This document shows, in pieces, positions 32,601 through 42,186 of a stretch of DNA of 64,000 nucleotides (position 1 is the first letter of the stretch; every line of letters starts with the position of its first letter). The DNA is from Candidatus Bathyarchaeota archaeon (GTDB lineage Archaea; Thermoproteota; Bathyarchaeia; Bathyarchaeales; DTEX01): NCBI GenBank assembly GCA_963714275.1, contig CAVQNT010000002.1, forward strand, positions 448,001-512,000. The letters run 5' to 3'. A model generated the notes under the pieces. That model had not been told where the DNA came from. It saw only the letters and a list, made by a program, of their open reading frames with translations, and did not search any database. A program made the translations under genes and the position numbers.

Positions 32601-32712
32601 TTAAGAATGGGTGGAAGTTAGACCATCAAGACCTTGATTAACGAAGCCTTACTATTCGCCAAATTTCTAAGGCATGAACGAGAAACATGGAAACCAAGAA
32701 TAACTATTCTTA
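32601..32712 (+). pseudogene. Gene-tail remnant 1, probable solo-cas1 C-terminus
   Basis: Translates LRMGGS*TIKTLINE-ALLFAKFLRHERETWKPRITIL; about 75% nt identity (77/102, hand count) to remnant 2. Confidence 0.7.
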
Positions 32713-32788
32713 AGCTAATGCTTTTATTATATTTAATAATAAGAAAATCGTAAGCAGGCAACTGCCATATATTTAGGAGAAGGCAGAT

Positions 32789-33538
32789 TTGTCTCGAAAG
32801 AAAGAGAAAAAGCGAACAAAAACAGATTTGTTTCAAGAAAAAGGAAAAAAGCAGACTAACGTCTTGATTTTTTCCATATTGCTTTTAGTAGTTGGTTTAG
32901 TAGCATTTGGAAGTGGCTTATTTCAGATATACCAATCAAGAGCAACTGAACTAGTAGTTTATTCAGTGACTAAACCTTGCAAAGCATATGACCAAAATGG
33001 CGAATTGGCAGCGTGGGTAAATGTAACAATGACGACCAATGTATCCGTTCCCCAACCAAGTATTCCAGTAAACATAACATTGCAAGTGAGAGGGATTTAT
33101 GTCCCTTCTGGCAATTGGACATATGCTTATTTGGAGGGAGCTACAGCTGCATTTCCAAATAAAGAACCTCATGACTGGAATCATGAAGTCAAGAGCGTCA
33201 TTGTTCTTAAACAGTTGAATGAATACTCTTTTGACTACATTGGTAGTAGAATCATGAATTATACATATGGAGGAACTTGGAACATCTATATACAAGTGGT
33301 CAGTGATACAATCTTTATTGTTAATAATATTCCTCCAAACCCAACGAATCTCCCTATGGCAATATATACTGTACCAAATGCTGTTGATATTGCCTCAGCG
33401 GAATATATTGCGCAGATGAAAGCTTCGGAGGAATCCACAAAAACTACTGCCTTTTGGTCAGGCATTGCATTAGTGGTTGCTGGTTTAAGTTCAATTATCA
33501 CAACAATTATCACCTATTATCAATACAAGTATAGGTGA
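32789..33538 (+). CDS. Hypothetical 2-TM membrane protein with extracellular beta-rich domain
   Basis: N- and C-terminal TM helices; sequons NVT, NVS, NIT, NWT, NYT; AT-rich. Confidence 0.7.
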   Translation: MSRKKEKKRTKTDLFQEKGKKQTNVLIFSILLLVVGLVAFGSGLFQIYQSRATELVVYSVTKPCKAYDQNGELAAWVNVTMTTNVSVPQPSIPVNITLQVRGIYVPSGNWTYAYLEGATAAFPNKEPHDWNHEVKSVIVLKQLNEYSFDYIGSRIMNYTYGGTWNIYIQVVSDTIFIVNNIPPNPTNLPMAIYTVPNAVDIASAEYIAQMKASEESTKTTAFWSGIALVVAGLSSIITTIITYYQYKYR

Positions 33539-33560
33539 TATATTGAGTTTTAGCATATAA

Positions 33561-33804
33561 TTTGTGCGTGTTTTGTGTCTCTGTCTGTGGGGCATGGATG
33601 GGTGAGAGAGTGAGAGCGTCCGAGGGTGGCAGAGAAAGATTAAAATTTAATCCCCAAACCCAAACCCAAACCCAAACACACACAGACATTAATTAACTAT
33701 CATTAACTCTTACTCTCTCTCTTTCTTTCCCCCTGTGTGTGTCGGTCAGTCAGAGTCAGTCAGTCAGAGAGTCAGTCACACACGCACAAACAAACACACA
33801 CACA
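33561..33804. repeat. Low-complexity, quasi-symmetric spacer: inverted end motifs, palindrome, (CCCAAA)4, GTCA/CA/CT runs
   Basis: TTTGTGCGTGT 33561-33571 inverted at 33780-33790; GATTAAA-A-TTTAATC 33638-33652; (CCCAAA)4 33653-33676. Confidence 0.85.
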
Positions 33805-33912
33805 TTAGCATTTCAACAAGTTAATCTCACTTTCCAAAAGAAAATCATGCAACTCAGAAAAAGGCACAGTTTCAATAAGCGCGTCACCAAAATCTAATTT
33901 TCTGTCTTCAAG

Positions 33913-35450
33913 TTAACTCTTTTTTAAAAGTATTATTCTTCCCTTCAACCCTTCTAATGTTGTCATGAAAAGCAAAACAATATCATCCACCTGTCTTAAT
34001 GTAAGAGCATTCATAATAGCATCTTTTAGTTTTTCCTCGTTTAACCATGTAGCTTCATGGTGAGGGATTGGTCGTTGTTTTAGAGAATCAACTTTGATTG
34101 CTATTATATCATGAATTTGATCCTGTGCACTTTCAATTGAACTTAGGAGGTTGTATGAACTAGCTCTTTTCACTTCTACCTTTTTATCGTTTATTGTCAA
34201 ATCGGGATGTTTGCCAAGTCTTACCTCAAGTCCATAGGATTTCGATATTCTCGCAAGGTAGCATTCTGAGGAAACATTGTATAGGTATTTTCTAAGTTCT
34301 TGGGTTGTCAAAATACCGTTCCAAATCCTTTTCTTCTCCCACTTCTGAAAGCTTTTAATATGTCCTCTAATTTCTTCTCCAAACTCTTCTATCTTGGGAG
34401 TTACGTTGATACCTAAAGATTCAAGTCTTCGAAGATTAATTGCAAGATTAAAGATGTAAACGTCTATTCCTTCTTCGATTCCAGTTTTAAGTATTATAAT
34501 AAGCGAACTTGTTTCAAGAGCCATCTGTAAAATCTCTGAATCTACATGAGTTTTTTCTAACAACCAATTCCATGACTCCACTACCTCTTGAATGCTCTGA
34601 GCCCCCAAGTATTCAGGGTTATACAAGATATGACCCAGACCGACGAAGTTCCCCTCGACCTTGAGACCAAATGAATCAAAATTTACTTCAATTTTTCCTT
34701 CTGTTTCTCTAAAGAGTTTCCCTATATCAAACTTCGCAATTTCTTTACCTTCATTATCTCTCAAGATTGATGGCTTTTTTTGGTTTAAAGCATTCCACAT
34801 ATTTTTGAAAAACCTTTCCTCGTTCCGTTCTCTTTCCTTTGATGTTGCCCTGATTTCTAGCTCAAAATTCTGAGATTCTACTGAATGTGCTTCCAAGTAA
34901 GAAAGAAGTATTCGATTCTCAAGGATACCGTCATCAAGCATCTTTCCAATGAAATCTTTACCAACCCTAAATTGGTAAATGTGTATTAGTTCAAGAATAA
35001 AAATCGCTAATCGTTCGGCATCTAATGAAAATATAAGTGGTCGGCTTAAGAGACTAATGGACTTCTGATTAACCTCTCTGAAAAGGTCTTCGGTTCTACT
35101 TTCACTCATTAAAACAACATTGTCAAAATTTATGAAACCCTTTTCTACAACCAACCTCTTTGTTTCGGGGTATTTTTTTAACCGCCTCTTTCTTTTAAGT
35201 GTCTCAGCAACGTACAAATTGAGATAGTCAGCTCTTCCCAAGCTTTGACTTCTTTAGACTTGAAGTCTTTAAGATTTAGCATGTCCAAATGAGAGTAGGC
35301 TTGCCATTCTTCTTTTCCCAGAAGTTCCCATCGTATTTTAGGTGTTTCTTTAGTGCGCAATAAGGCATTATGATTTATGTATCCTCTCTCAAACAGTTCA
35401 CATCCGACAAAGTACCATAGATCATTAGAGATAACAATTCTTTTTGCCAT
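33913..35450 (-). CDS. ~510-aa protein with C-terminal PD-(D/E)XK nuclease-like domain (frameshift near 35240)
   Basis: ORFs 35178..35450 and 33913..35241 join; SECYLA...HPDLTINDKKVEVKR motif. Confidence 0.65.
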
Positions 35451-35583
35451 ATGTCTATAAGTATAGGTTCAGTTTATCTAAAACTTTTTCTTATCACCAT
35501 ATGACTGTGCCGCGATAAGCCTTACTAAGAAACAATTCCATTCAAAACATAAACCTATTATTCTTGTGTCGACAAAAGATTTT

Positions 35584-35703
35584 CTATAGAGATGCAATTC
35601 TTGGAATCCATATTTCTCGTTCACGTCTTAGAAACTTGGCAAATAGGAGAGCCTCTTCATTGATCAAGGTTTCAATAGTCTGCCTTTTACTTACTCTTAT
35701 CCT
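35584..35703 (-). pseudogene. Gene-tail remnant 2, probable solo-cas1 C-terminus
   Basis: Translates RIRVSKRQTIETLINEEALLFAKFLRREREIWIPRIASL*; no upstream gene body. Confidence 0.75.
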
Positions 35704-36363
35704 TATTTTATATTTGTCTATGTCCTTTCATTTAACCTGACAATGCCTGCCTTTTTCTATCGTCTCATAATTTTATCGCTGTCTCCATTGCATGTTGTAG
35801 ATCTTTTGCCAACTCTGAAAGTCTGTCCTCAACCCTTCAATAACTCTCTTTTGTTCCATCACTTCTCTCTGGAGTTCTTGAACCTATTTGTATTATATAT
35901 CTTCCATTCTCCACTAAAAAAAATTTAATTTCTAGAGTAAAATAAACCGATAAATGATGTGAATAAGATATTCTATCTCATTAACGTTTTAAGAAAATTA
36001 TATAGATTTTTTCTAATAAAATATTTCTTTATAAAGAAAAAAATTGCATAACTTTTTTATTCAAACAGTGTTTGTGCCCCAAAATAACAGAACGAATGCG
36101 CCGTAAAACAGAACAGGTCTTCTCGGATTATCGAGTGTTACACAAAATTGAAAACCAGTTGTTACACAAATCAAATTAGCCTATATAATAGGCTTGAACC
36201 TAAATTAGCAAAATTTCCGAAAACAGACACATTAGGACATGATCAATAACTAAAAAAACAGGCATCATGGTTTAGTTCATGAAAAAGTTAATATCCCTCT
36301 TGTATGAATGAATGAGGTCAAAACAATGAAGGGTTCGTTCACAGAACCCGAATGGTGTAACGG

Positions 36364-38190
36364 ATGAGTGTAGCTAAGCCTGTTCTTTCGTATGCAAAAT
36401 CAATTAAAACGCAGGCTGAGCTTTCACGTTCAGTCGAAGCCTTCAAACGACTGCTAAAGTATCAAAAATCATATGTTCACTTCATAATTTCTATTGTAAT
36501 ATTATCCATTTTCAGGTCATATTTGTTCACGCTTGAACCCCTCTACACTTCGGACATAATAGACCAAGTCATCATCGCGGGACACGAAGAACTGCTGTTT
36601 GACTTGGTAATGAAAATTATGGTCACCATGATAATTTTCGGAATACTAAACCTCATCATAGGCTACATCCACGGCTACTTCGCCCAGATGGTAACCCGAG
36701 ATGTCAGGTCCGACTATTACTCCTCGCTTCAAAGCAAATCCTTCAACTTCTACGATTCAACAGCGGTCGGCGACCTAGTCTCACGAGCAACAATGGACCT
36801 GCAAGTAGTCGGAGACTTCCTCAGAACATGGGTCAGTGTCATATCCAACGCGGTCTTCACCATCCTAATCGTCTTCACAATCATGTACTCAATAAGCCCA
36901 ACCATGAGCCTAATTTCCATGGTACCTATGATCCCAATTTTCTACCTCACGACTCAGCTCTGGATAAAAACCATGCCGATGTTCAGAAAAATGATGCTCA
37001 TACTCGGAAGACTCGGCGCATACGTCCAACAGAACATCATAGGCATGAAAGTAGTAAGAATCTTCCAAAGAGAACACGAAATGGAAGACGGCTTCAAACA
37101 GGTCGAACAAATATTCGTCGACACAGCAATAGGCGCAGGCAAAATCCAGTCAAAATACATGCCTTCTGGACAAGCCATCCTGACCCTCGGCATCACAATG
37201 GTTTACGTTTACGCTGGGTCACTGATAGCTTCGCCCTCAACAATGTTCACGATAGGCCAGCTCACACTCTTCGTAAGATACATGATGAGACTCAGTTTTC
37301 CCCTACGAGACCTAAGCATGCTCTCAGGAACATGGATAAACGCCTCAGCAGGGCTCGAAAGAGTCTACGAAATGATGGACACACCCGTCGACGTTGAAGA
37401 CAAACCTGACGCACAAGACATCACAATAGAAAAAGGCGAAGTCGAATTCAGAAACGTAACCTTCGGATACGACAAAGAAAAACCCGTACTCAAGAACCTA
37501 AACTTTACAGTCAAACCCGGAGAAAAAATCGCAATCCTAGGAGCCACAGGCTCAGGAAAAACATCGCTCATATTCGACATCCCAAGATTCTACGACGTCA
37601 ATTCAGGAAGCATCCTCATCGACGGTGTAGATATTAGACGGTTCAAACTCACATCGCTAAGGAGGCAAATGGGAATCGTTCTACAGGACGTGTTCATGTT
37701 CACAGGAACAATCAAAGACAACATTGCATTCGGCAAACCAGACGCGTCAATGGACGAAATCATACGCGCAGCGGAACACGCGAAAATACACGACTTCATA
37801 CAATCACTGCCCGAAGGATACGAAACCGCCGTCGGAGAACGGGGCATAACCCTGTCAGGCGGACAAAGACAAAGACTGACCATTGCGAGGGCACTCTTAA
37901 CAAATCCAAAGATACTGATACTCGACGATTCCCTATCGTTTGTTGACGCAAAAACAGAACAGCAAATCCAGGACGCCATCGAAGAAGCCATGAAGGGCAG
38001 AACCTGCTTCATAATAGCACAACGGCTTTCGACAATAAAAGACGCCGACAAAATCATGGTCCTAGACAACGGCGAAATAGCCGAGTTCGGAACACACGAC
38101 GAACTCATAACCAAAGGAAAAATCTACCACAGAATCTACCAAACGCAGTTCCTAGAGAAAGCCCCAGAAGAAATCTTGGAGGTCGGGTGA
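36364..38190 (+). CDS. Type IV ABC exporter half (TMD-NBD), subunit 1
   Basis: GATGSGKT, LSGGQRQR, degenerate Walker B ILDD. Confidence 0.9.
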   Translation: MSVAKPVLSYAKSIKTQAELSRSVEAFKRLLKYQKSYVHFIISIVILSIFRSYLFTLEPLYTSDIIDQVIIAGHEELLFDLVMKIMVTMIIFGILNLIIGYIHGYFAQMVTRDVRSDYYSSLQSKSFNFYDSTAVGDLVSRATMDLQVVGDFLRTWVSVISNAVFTILIVFTIMYSISPTMSLISMVPMIPIFYLTTQLWIKTMPMFRKMMLILGRLGAYVQQNIIGMKVVRIFQREHEMEDGFKQVEQIFVDTAIGAGKIQSKYMPSGQAILTLGITMVYVYAGSLIASPSTMFTIGQLTLFVRYMMRLSFPLRDLSMLSGTWINASAGLERVYEMMDTPVDVEDKPDAQDITIEKGEVEFRNVTFGYDKEKPVLKNLNFTVKPGEKIAILGATGSGKTSLIFDIPRFYDVNSGSILIDGVDIRRFKLTSLRRQMGIVLQDVFMFTGTIKDNIAFGKPDASMDEIIRAAEHAKIHDFIQSLPEGYETAVGERGITLSGGQRQRLTIARALLTNPKILILDDSLSFVDAKTEQQIQDAIEEAMKGRTCFIIAQRLSTIKDADKIMVLDNGEIAEFGTHDELITKGKIYHRIYQTQFLEKAPEEILEVG

Positions 38191-40025
38191 AGCAGATGGG
38201 CAGCCCCTTCGGAGTCTTCTCAAAATACGAGGAGTCGAGAAAAAGAACCATCCCAGACCGAGTCCTAATCAAAAGACTCTACAGATTCATAAAACCCTAT
38301 AAAAGAAACCTCACAAAAGGCGTCGTCGCCATCATCCTAAGTTCAGTAACAGGACTACTTTCGCCTTACCTCCACAAGGTGGCAATCGACCAAATAATAC
38401 AGCCCCTAAACCTTTCAGGCTTCATATGGTGGATACCAATTTTCGTAATCGTAACTCTCAGCAACTACCTGCTTCAATACATCCAAGTTTTCCAGATGAG
38501 AATCGTCGGCGAAAACGTCGTCGCGGGAATAAGAGACGAAATGATGTCCAAGCTGCAGGCAATTTCGTTACGGTACTTCTCCGAAGGCGAAATCGGAAGA
38601 ATCATGTCAAGACCCATAAACGACTCAAATACAGTCAGAATCTTCCTAAGAATGGGACTAACAGAAATCATCACGGACGTGGCGTCAATACTCGGCTCCC
38701 TCATCGTAATCTTCGCCCTCAATGTCGAGCTCGCCTCGCTAGCAGTCGCCATCGTCCCCGTAGCGATCGCAGTATCGTGGCTTCTCGGAAAACTGTCAAG
38801 AGAAATCTACCGGAAAGTCCTCTCAACCCTTGGAGGACTAACGTCAAAAATAAACGAAAACCTTTCTGGCATAAAGGTAATAAAATCCTTTGTTCAGGAA
38901 GAAAAAGCAGCTGAAGAGTTTAAGGCAGCCCAGAAAAAAAATATTGACGCAAACCTCAGGGCTTTACTCGTTTCTTCAGCTTATCAACCCGTAGTCATGA
39001 CGATGAGGGTAATCGGAACCTCCCTGATTCTCTGGTTCGGCGCATTAATGGTCATCAACGGAGAAATCACATTAGGAACCCTCGTAGCCTTCATAGAATA
39101 CCAGTTCAGTTACTTCATGCCACTCATGACACTAGTCGCCGTATACGACCAGTACCAGTCAGCCATGGCAGCAATCGAAAGAATGTTCGACCTAATAGAC
39201 ACAGACGTCGAAGTGGAAGACCCAGCCACAGAAAAAGCAGTCGAATTAGGAACAATAGAAAACGTAAGGTTTGAAAACGTCACGTTTGGCTACGACCCAA
39301 AGGTTCCAGTAATAAAAAACATCAGTTTCACGCTTGACGAATCCAAAAAACTCGCGATAGTTGGACCGACAGGCGCAGGCAAAAGCACAATAATAAATCT
39401 TTTGGCAAGGTTCTACGACCCGTTAGATGGAAAAGTATTCATCAATGGACATAACTTAAAGGACATTAAGTTGTTGTCTCTCCGTCGACACATGAACATC
39501 GTTCTTCAAGACTCTTTCCTTTTCCCGATGAGCATCATGGACAATATCAGGTTCGGAAAACCAGAAGCATCCGACGAGGAAGTCATCGAAGCTGCAAAAA
39601 CCGTGGGCGCGCATGACTTCATAATGAAGCTTCCAGGAGGATACAACTACGTTCTGCACGAAAGCTCATCAAACATCTCCATAGGACAACGGCAACTCAT
39701 CAGCTTCGCAAGAACCCTTCTGATGAATCCTAGGCTCCTAATTTTGGACGAGGCAACCTCAAGCATCGACCCATACACCGAGCTCGTAATCCAGAACGCT
39801 CTGAAGAAGCTGCTTGAGAACAGGTTAGCAATCATCATAGCTCATAGGCTTTCAACCATAAGGCTTTGCGACGAGATTATAGTCATAGACCAAGGGAACA
39901 TAGTGGAAAAAGGAACACATTCTGAGCTCATGAAAAAAGGCGGAATCTACAGCTCATTCTACAAAATGCAGTTCAGAGAAGAAGAAGGCATAGAAGAAAC
40001 ATCAAAAGCTGCACTGAAAGCATAA
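38187..40025 (+). CDS. Type IV ABC exporter half (TMD-NBD), subunit 2 of a heterodimer
   Basis: GPTGAGKS, ISIGQRQL, ILDEATS, IAHRLST; overlaps partner by 4 nt. Confidence 0.9.
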   Translation: MKQMGSPFGVFSKYEESRKRTIPDRVLIKRLYRFIKPYKRNLTKGVVAIILSSVTGLLSPYLHKVAIDQIIQPLNLSGFIWWIPIFVIVTLSNYLLQYIQVFQMRIVGENVVAGIRDEMMSKLQAISLRYFSEGEIGRIMSRPINDSNTVRIFLRMGLTEIITDVASILGSLIVIFALNVELASLAVAIVPVAIAVSWLLGKLSREIYRKVLSTLGGLTSKINENLSGIKVIKSFVQEEKAAEEFKAAQKKNIDANLRALLVSSAYQPVVMTMRVIGTSLILWFGALMVINGEITLGTLVAFIEYQFSYFMPLMTLVAVYDQYQSAMAAIERMFDLIDTDVEVEDPATEKAVELGTIENVRFENVTFGYDPKVPVIKNISFTLDESKKLAIVGPTGAGKSTIINLLARFYDPLDGKVFINGHNLKDIKLLSLRRHMNIVLQDSFLFPMSIMDNIRFGKPEASDEEVIEAAKTVGAHDFIMKLPGGYNYVLHESSSNISIGQRQLISFARTLLMNPRLLILDEATSSIDPYTELVIQNALKKLLENRLAIIIAHRLSTIRLCDEIIVIDQGNIVEKGTHSELMKKGGIYSSFYKMQFREEEGIEETSKAALKA

Positions 40026-40173
40026 AGCATACAAGACTTTGATGAACCTAAGAAGAAGACTCTACTAAGACTGAAGAGGCATTGACCATTAAATGTCTCA
40101 TTGATTATTAATAAAGAGCGTAAGAGTTATCCCGTTAACAGTTTCGTTTGACTCTTCTGGGAACGATTGGTAG

Positions 40174-41349
40174 TTACTTCCTAACTGCCCTGTCAAACAG
40201 TGGCACACCTAAAGCAATTGTTACAACGCTAATGATGACTAGGATGAACAGTTCGAATATTACTCCATCTAGACCAACCCCTAAAACCATCACCTTTCTT
40301 AACGCGTCCACAGCGTATGTCAGTGGCAAAACCTTGGAAACGTATTGAAGAGGAAGAGGCATCTGCTCTACTGGAAATAATACACCTGAAAGGAACATCA
40401 TGGGGAACTGAAGGAACCCTAAGATGAACTGGGCTGACTCCTGTTCCTTTGCTATGGCGGTGGCTACTATTCCTATGCCCAAGAAGCTGAGGGTTCCCAA
40501 GACTAAGATTACGGCTATGAGGAATGGGTCCCCGCGCACATGAACACCGAACACGAAGATGGCTAAGACGATGATGAGGGTTCCCTGTAACAAGTTCCGG
40601 ATCGTTTGAGCCAAAGTTTTACCCAGTATAATGGAGACCCTTGATATCGGAGCCATCAACAGACCATCCAAGGTTCCGATCTCCCTCTCTCGGGCGAGGG
40701 CAACTCCGACACCTGTCAGTCCTGACATCATCACTCCTAAACCTATGAATCCAGGAGCAACGAAGTCGAAGTAGCTGCCTCCACCAGTAACTATGCTTTG
40801 GACATCAGTCTGGATGGGTTGAAGAATGAATTGCGGATTAGCTCCTGGAATGCTTCTGACTATCAATGAGAAGGCAAACTGGTGGGATACTGCGTTGATG
40901 AGAGCGCTGAAACCTTGGATTATAGCAGAGGACAAGGCGATATTTGTGGGGTCGTTCAGAATCGTTATTTTTGCCTGATTATTTGAAAGCAGAGATTGGG
41001 TCAGGTTCTCAGGTATCACCACCGCGCCTTTAATCGTCCCCGCGAATATCATGTTCTTAGCATCGTCCACTGTATCGACATCAACTAGCTTGAATGCGGT
41101 CGAATTGAAGAGTGCTTGATGAATCATGTCGGAAACTTGCTTCCCCAAAGTGCTATTGTCTAGATTAATGATTCCGACAGAAACATCGTGTACAGCGTTT
41201 GTGGAACTGGGGAACATGTAGCCAAACATGGCAATAAGGAAAACAGGCATCACAATGCTGAAGAATAGCCCAATTCTATTCCTCTGAAACTCTTTTAAAT
41301 CTTTGTAGGCTATGGTTAGGATCTCTTCAACCGTTTTCAGTGGCTTCAT
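40174..41349 (-). CDS. ABC-2 type permease
   Basis: EREIGTL, FLSGVLFP, PLTYAVDALR; start at MKPLKT. Confidence 0.85.
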   Translation of the reverse strand: MKPLKTVEEILTIAYKDLKEFQRNRIGLFFSIVMPVFLIAMFGYMFPSSTNAVHDVSVGIINLDNSTLGKQVSDMIHQALFNSTAFKLVDVDTVDDAKNMIFAGTIKGAVVIPENLTQSLLSNNQAKITILNDPTNIALSSAIIQGFSALINAVSHQFAFSLIVRSIPGANPQFILQPIQTDVQSIVTGGGSYFDFVAPGFIGLGVMMSGLTGVGVALAREREIGTLDGLLMAPISRVSIILGKTLAQTIRNLLQGTLIIVLAIFVFGVHVRGDPFLIAVILVLGTLSFLGIGIVATAIAKEQESAQFILGFLQFPMMFLSGVLFPVEQMPLPLQYVSKVLPLTYAVDALRKVMVLGVGLDGVIFELFILVIISVVTIALGVPLFDRAVRK

Positions 41350-41350
41350 C

Positions 41351-42151
41351 TTAAAATCTCCTTCCAAAATGGAATCTTGGTCTGTGAATCTGATTGTTTT
41401 TAACGGGTTCATCGCGGATTTTGGTTCCGGTGAGTTTTATGAAAGCATCTTCCAATGTCGCATCTTGGCCGACTGAAGCCTTAAGGTTACTAGGCGTGTC
41501 TAGAGCAATGATCTTCCCGTAGTCGATGATCCCTATTCTGTCTGAAAGGCGGTCTGCCTCATCCATATAATGTGTCGTTAGGAGAATCGTCCTTTTGTCT
41601 TCGTGGTTCAGTCGTTTTACGAGTTCTCGGATGTTGTGGGCGGTTGTCGGGTCAAGACCAATTGTAGGTTCATCTAGGAAGATGATTTCTGGATCATGGA
41701 TAAGTGCTCTGACAATGTTGAGGCGTTGCCTCATGCCTGAGGAGAAGCTGCCAACGCGGGTTTTCCTAAAATCCCACAGATCAACTAACTTCAGGAGTTC
41801 TTCACTTCTCTGCTTGAGAGATTGAGAATCCATGCCGTATAATCGACCGAAGATACCGAGGTTCTCCAACGGTGTCAAACGATCATAGGCTACAAGCTTC
41901 TCGGTGACAACGCCGATCTTCTTTCTTACCTTATCCGCTTCTTTCACAACGTCGAAACTATCAACTTCAGCCTTACCCTTAGTTGGTATGAGAAGAGTGC
42001 AAAGCATTTTTATCGTAGTAGTTTTACCAGCACCGTTTGGACCAAGAAGCCCGAAAATTTCGCCTTGGTTAACATCGAAGCTGATCCCGTTAACCGCGAC
42101 GAAGTTGCCAAAAGATTTGGTTAAATCTTCAGTGTGAATCGCAAAAGACAT
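41351..42151 (-). CDS. ABC transporter ATP-binding protein (DrrA-like)
   Basis: GPNGAGKT, FSSGMRQR, LDEPT, TTHY. Confidence 0.9.
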   Translation of the reverse strand: MSFAIHTEDLTKSFGNFVAVNGISFDVNQGEIFGLLGPNGAGKTTTIKMLCTLLIPTKGKAEVDSFDVVKEADKVRKKIGVVTEKLVAYDRLTPLENLGIFGRLYGMDSQSLKQRSEELLKLVDLWDFRKTRVGSFSSGMRQRLNIVRALIHDPEIIFLDEPTIGLDPTTAHNIRELVKRLNHEDKRTILLTTHYMDEADRLSDRIGIIDYGKIIALDTPSNLKASVGQDATLEDAFIKLTGTKIRDEPVKNNQIHRPRFHFGRRF

Positions 42152-42186
42152 GCATTAACCTCCAAAAGTATGCCCTAATATTTTTT

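Noticed and set aside
33561-33804. CRISPR array near the cas1-like remnants
   Set aside because: No constant-length repeats with unique spacers, only low-complexity runs
35743-35928. 61-aa plus-strand ORF
   Set aside because: Shadow ORF; the minus strand instead holds an unidentifiable broken gene end (...VEDRLSELAKDLQHAMETAIKL*)
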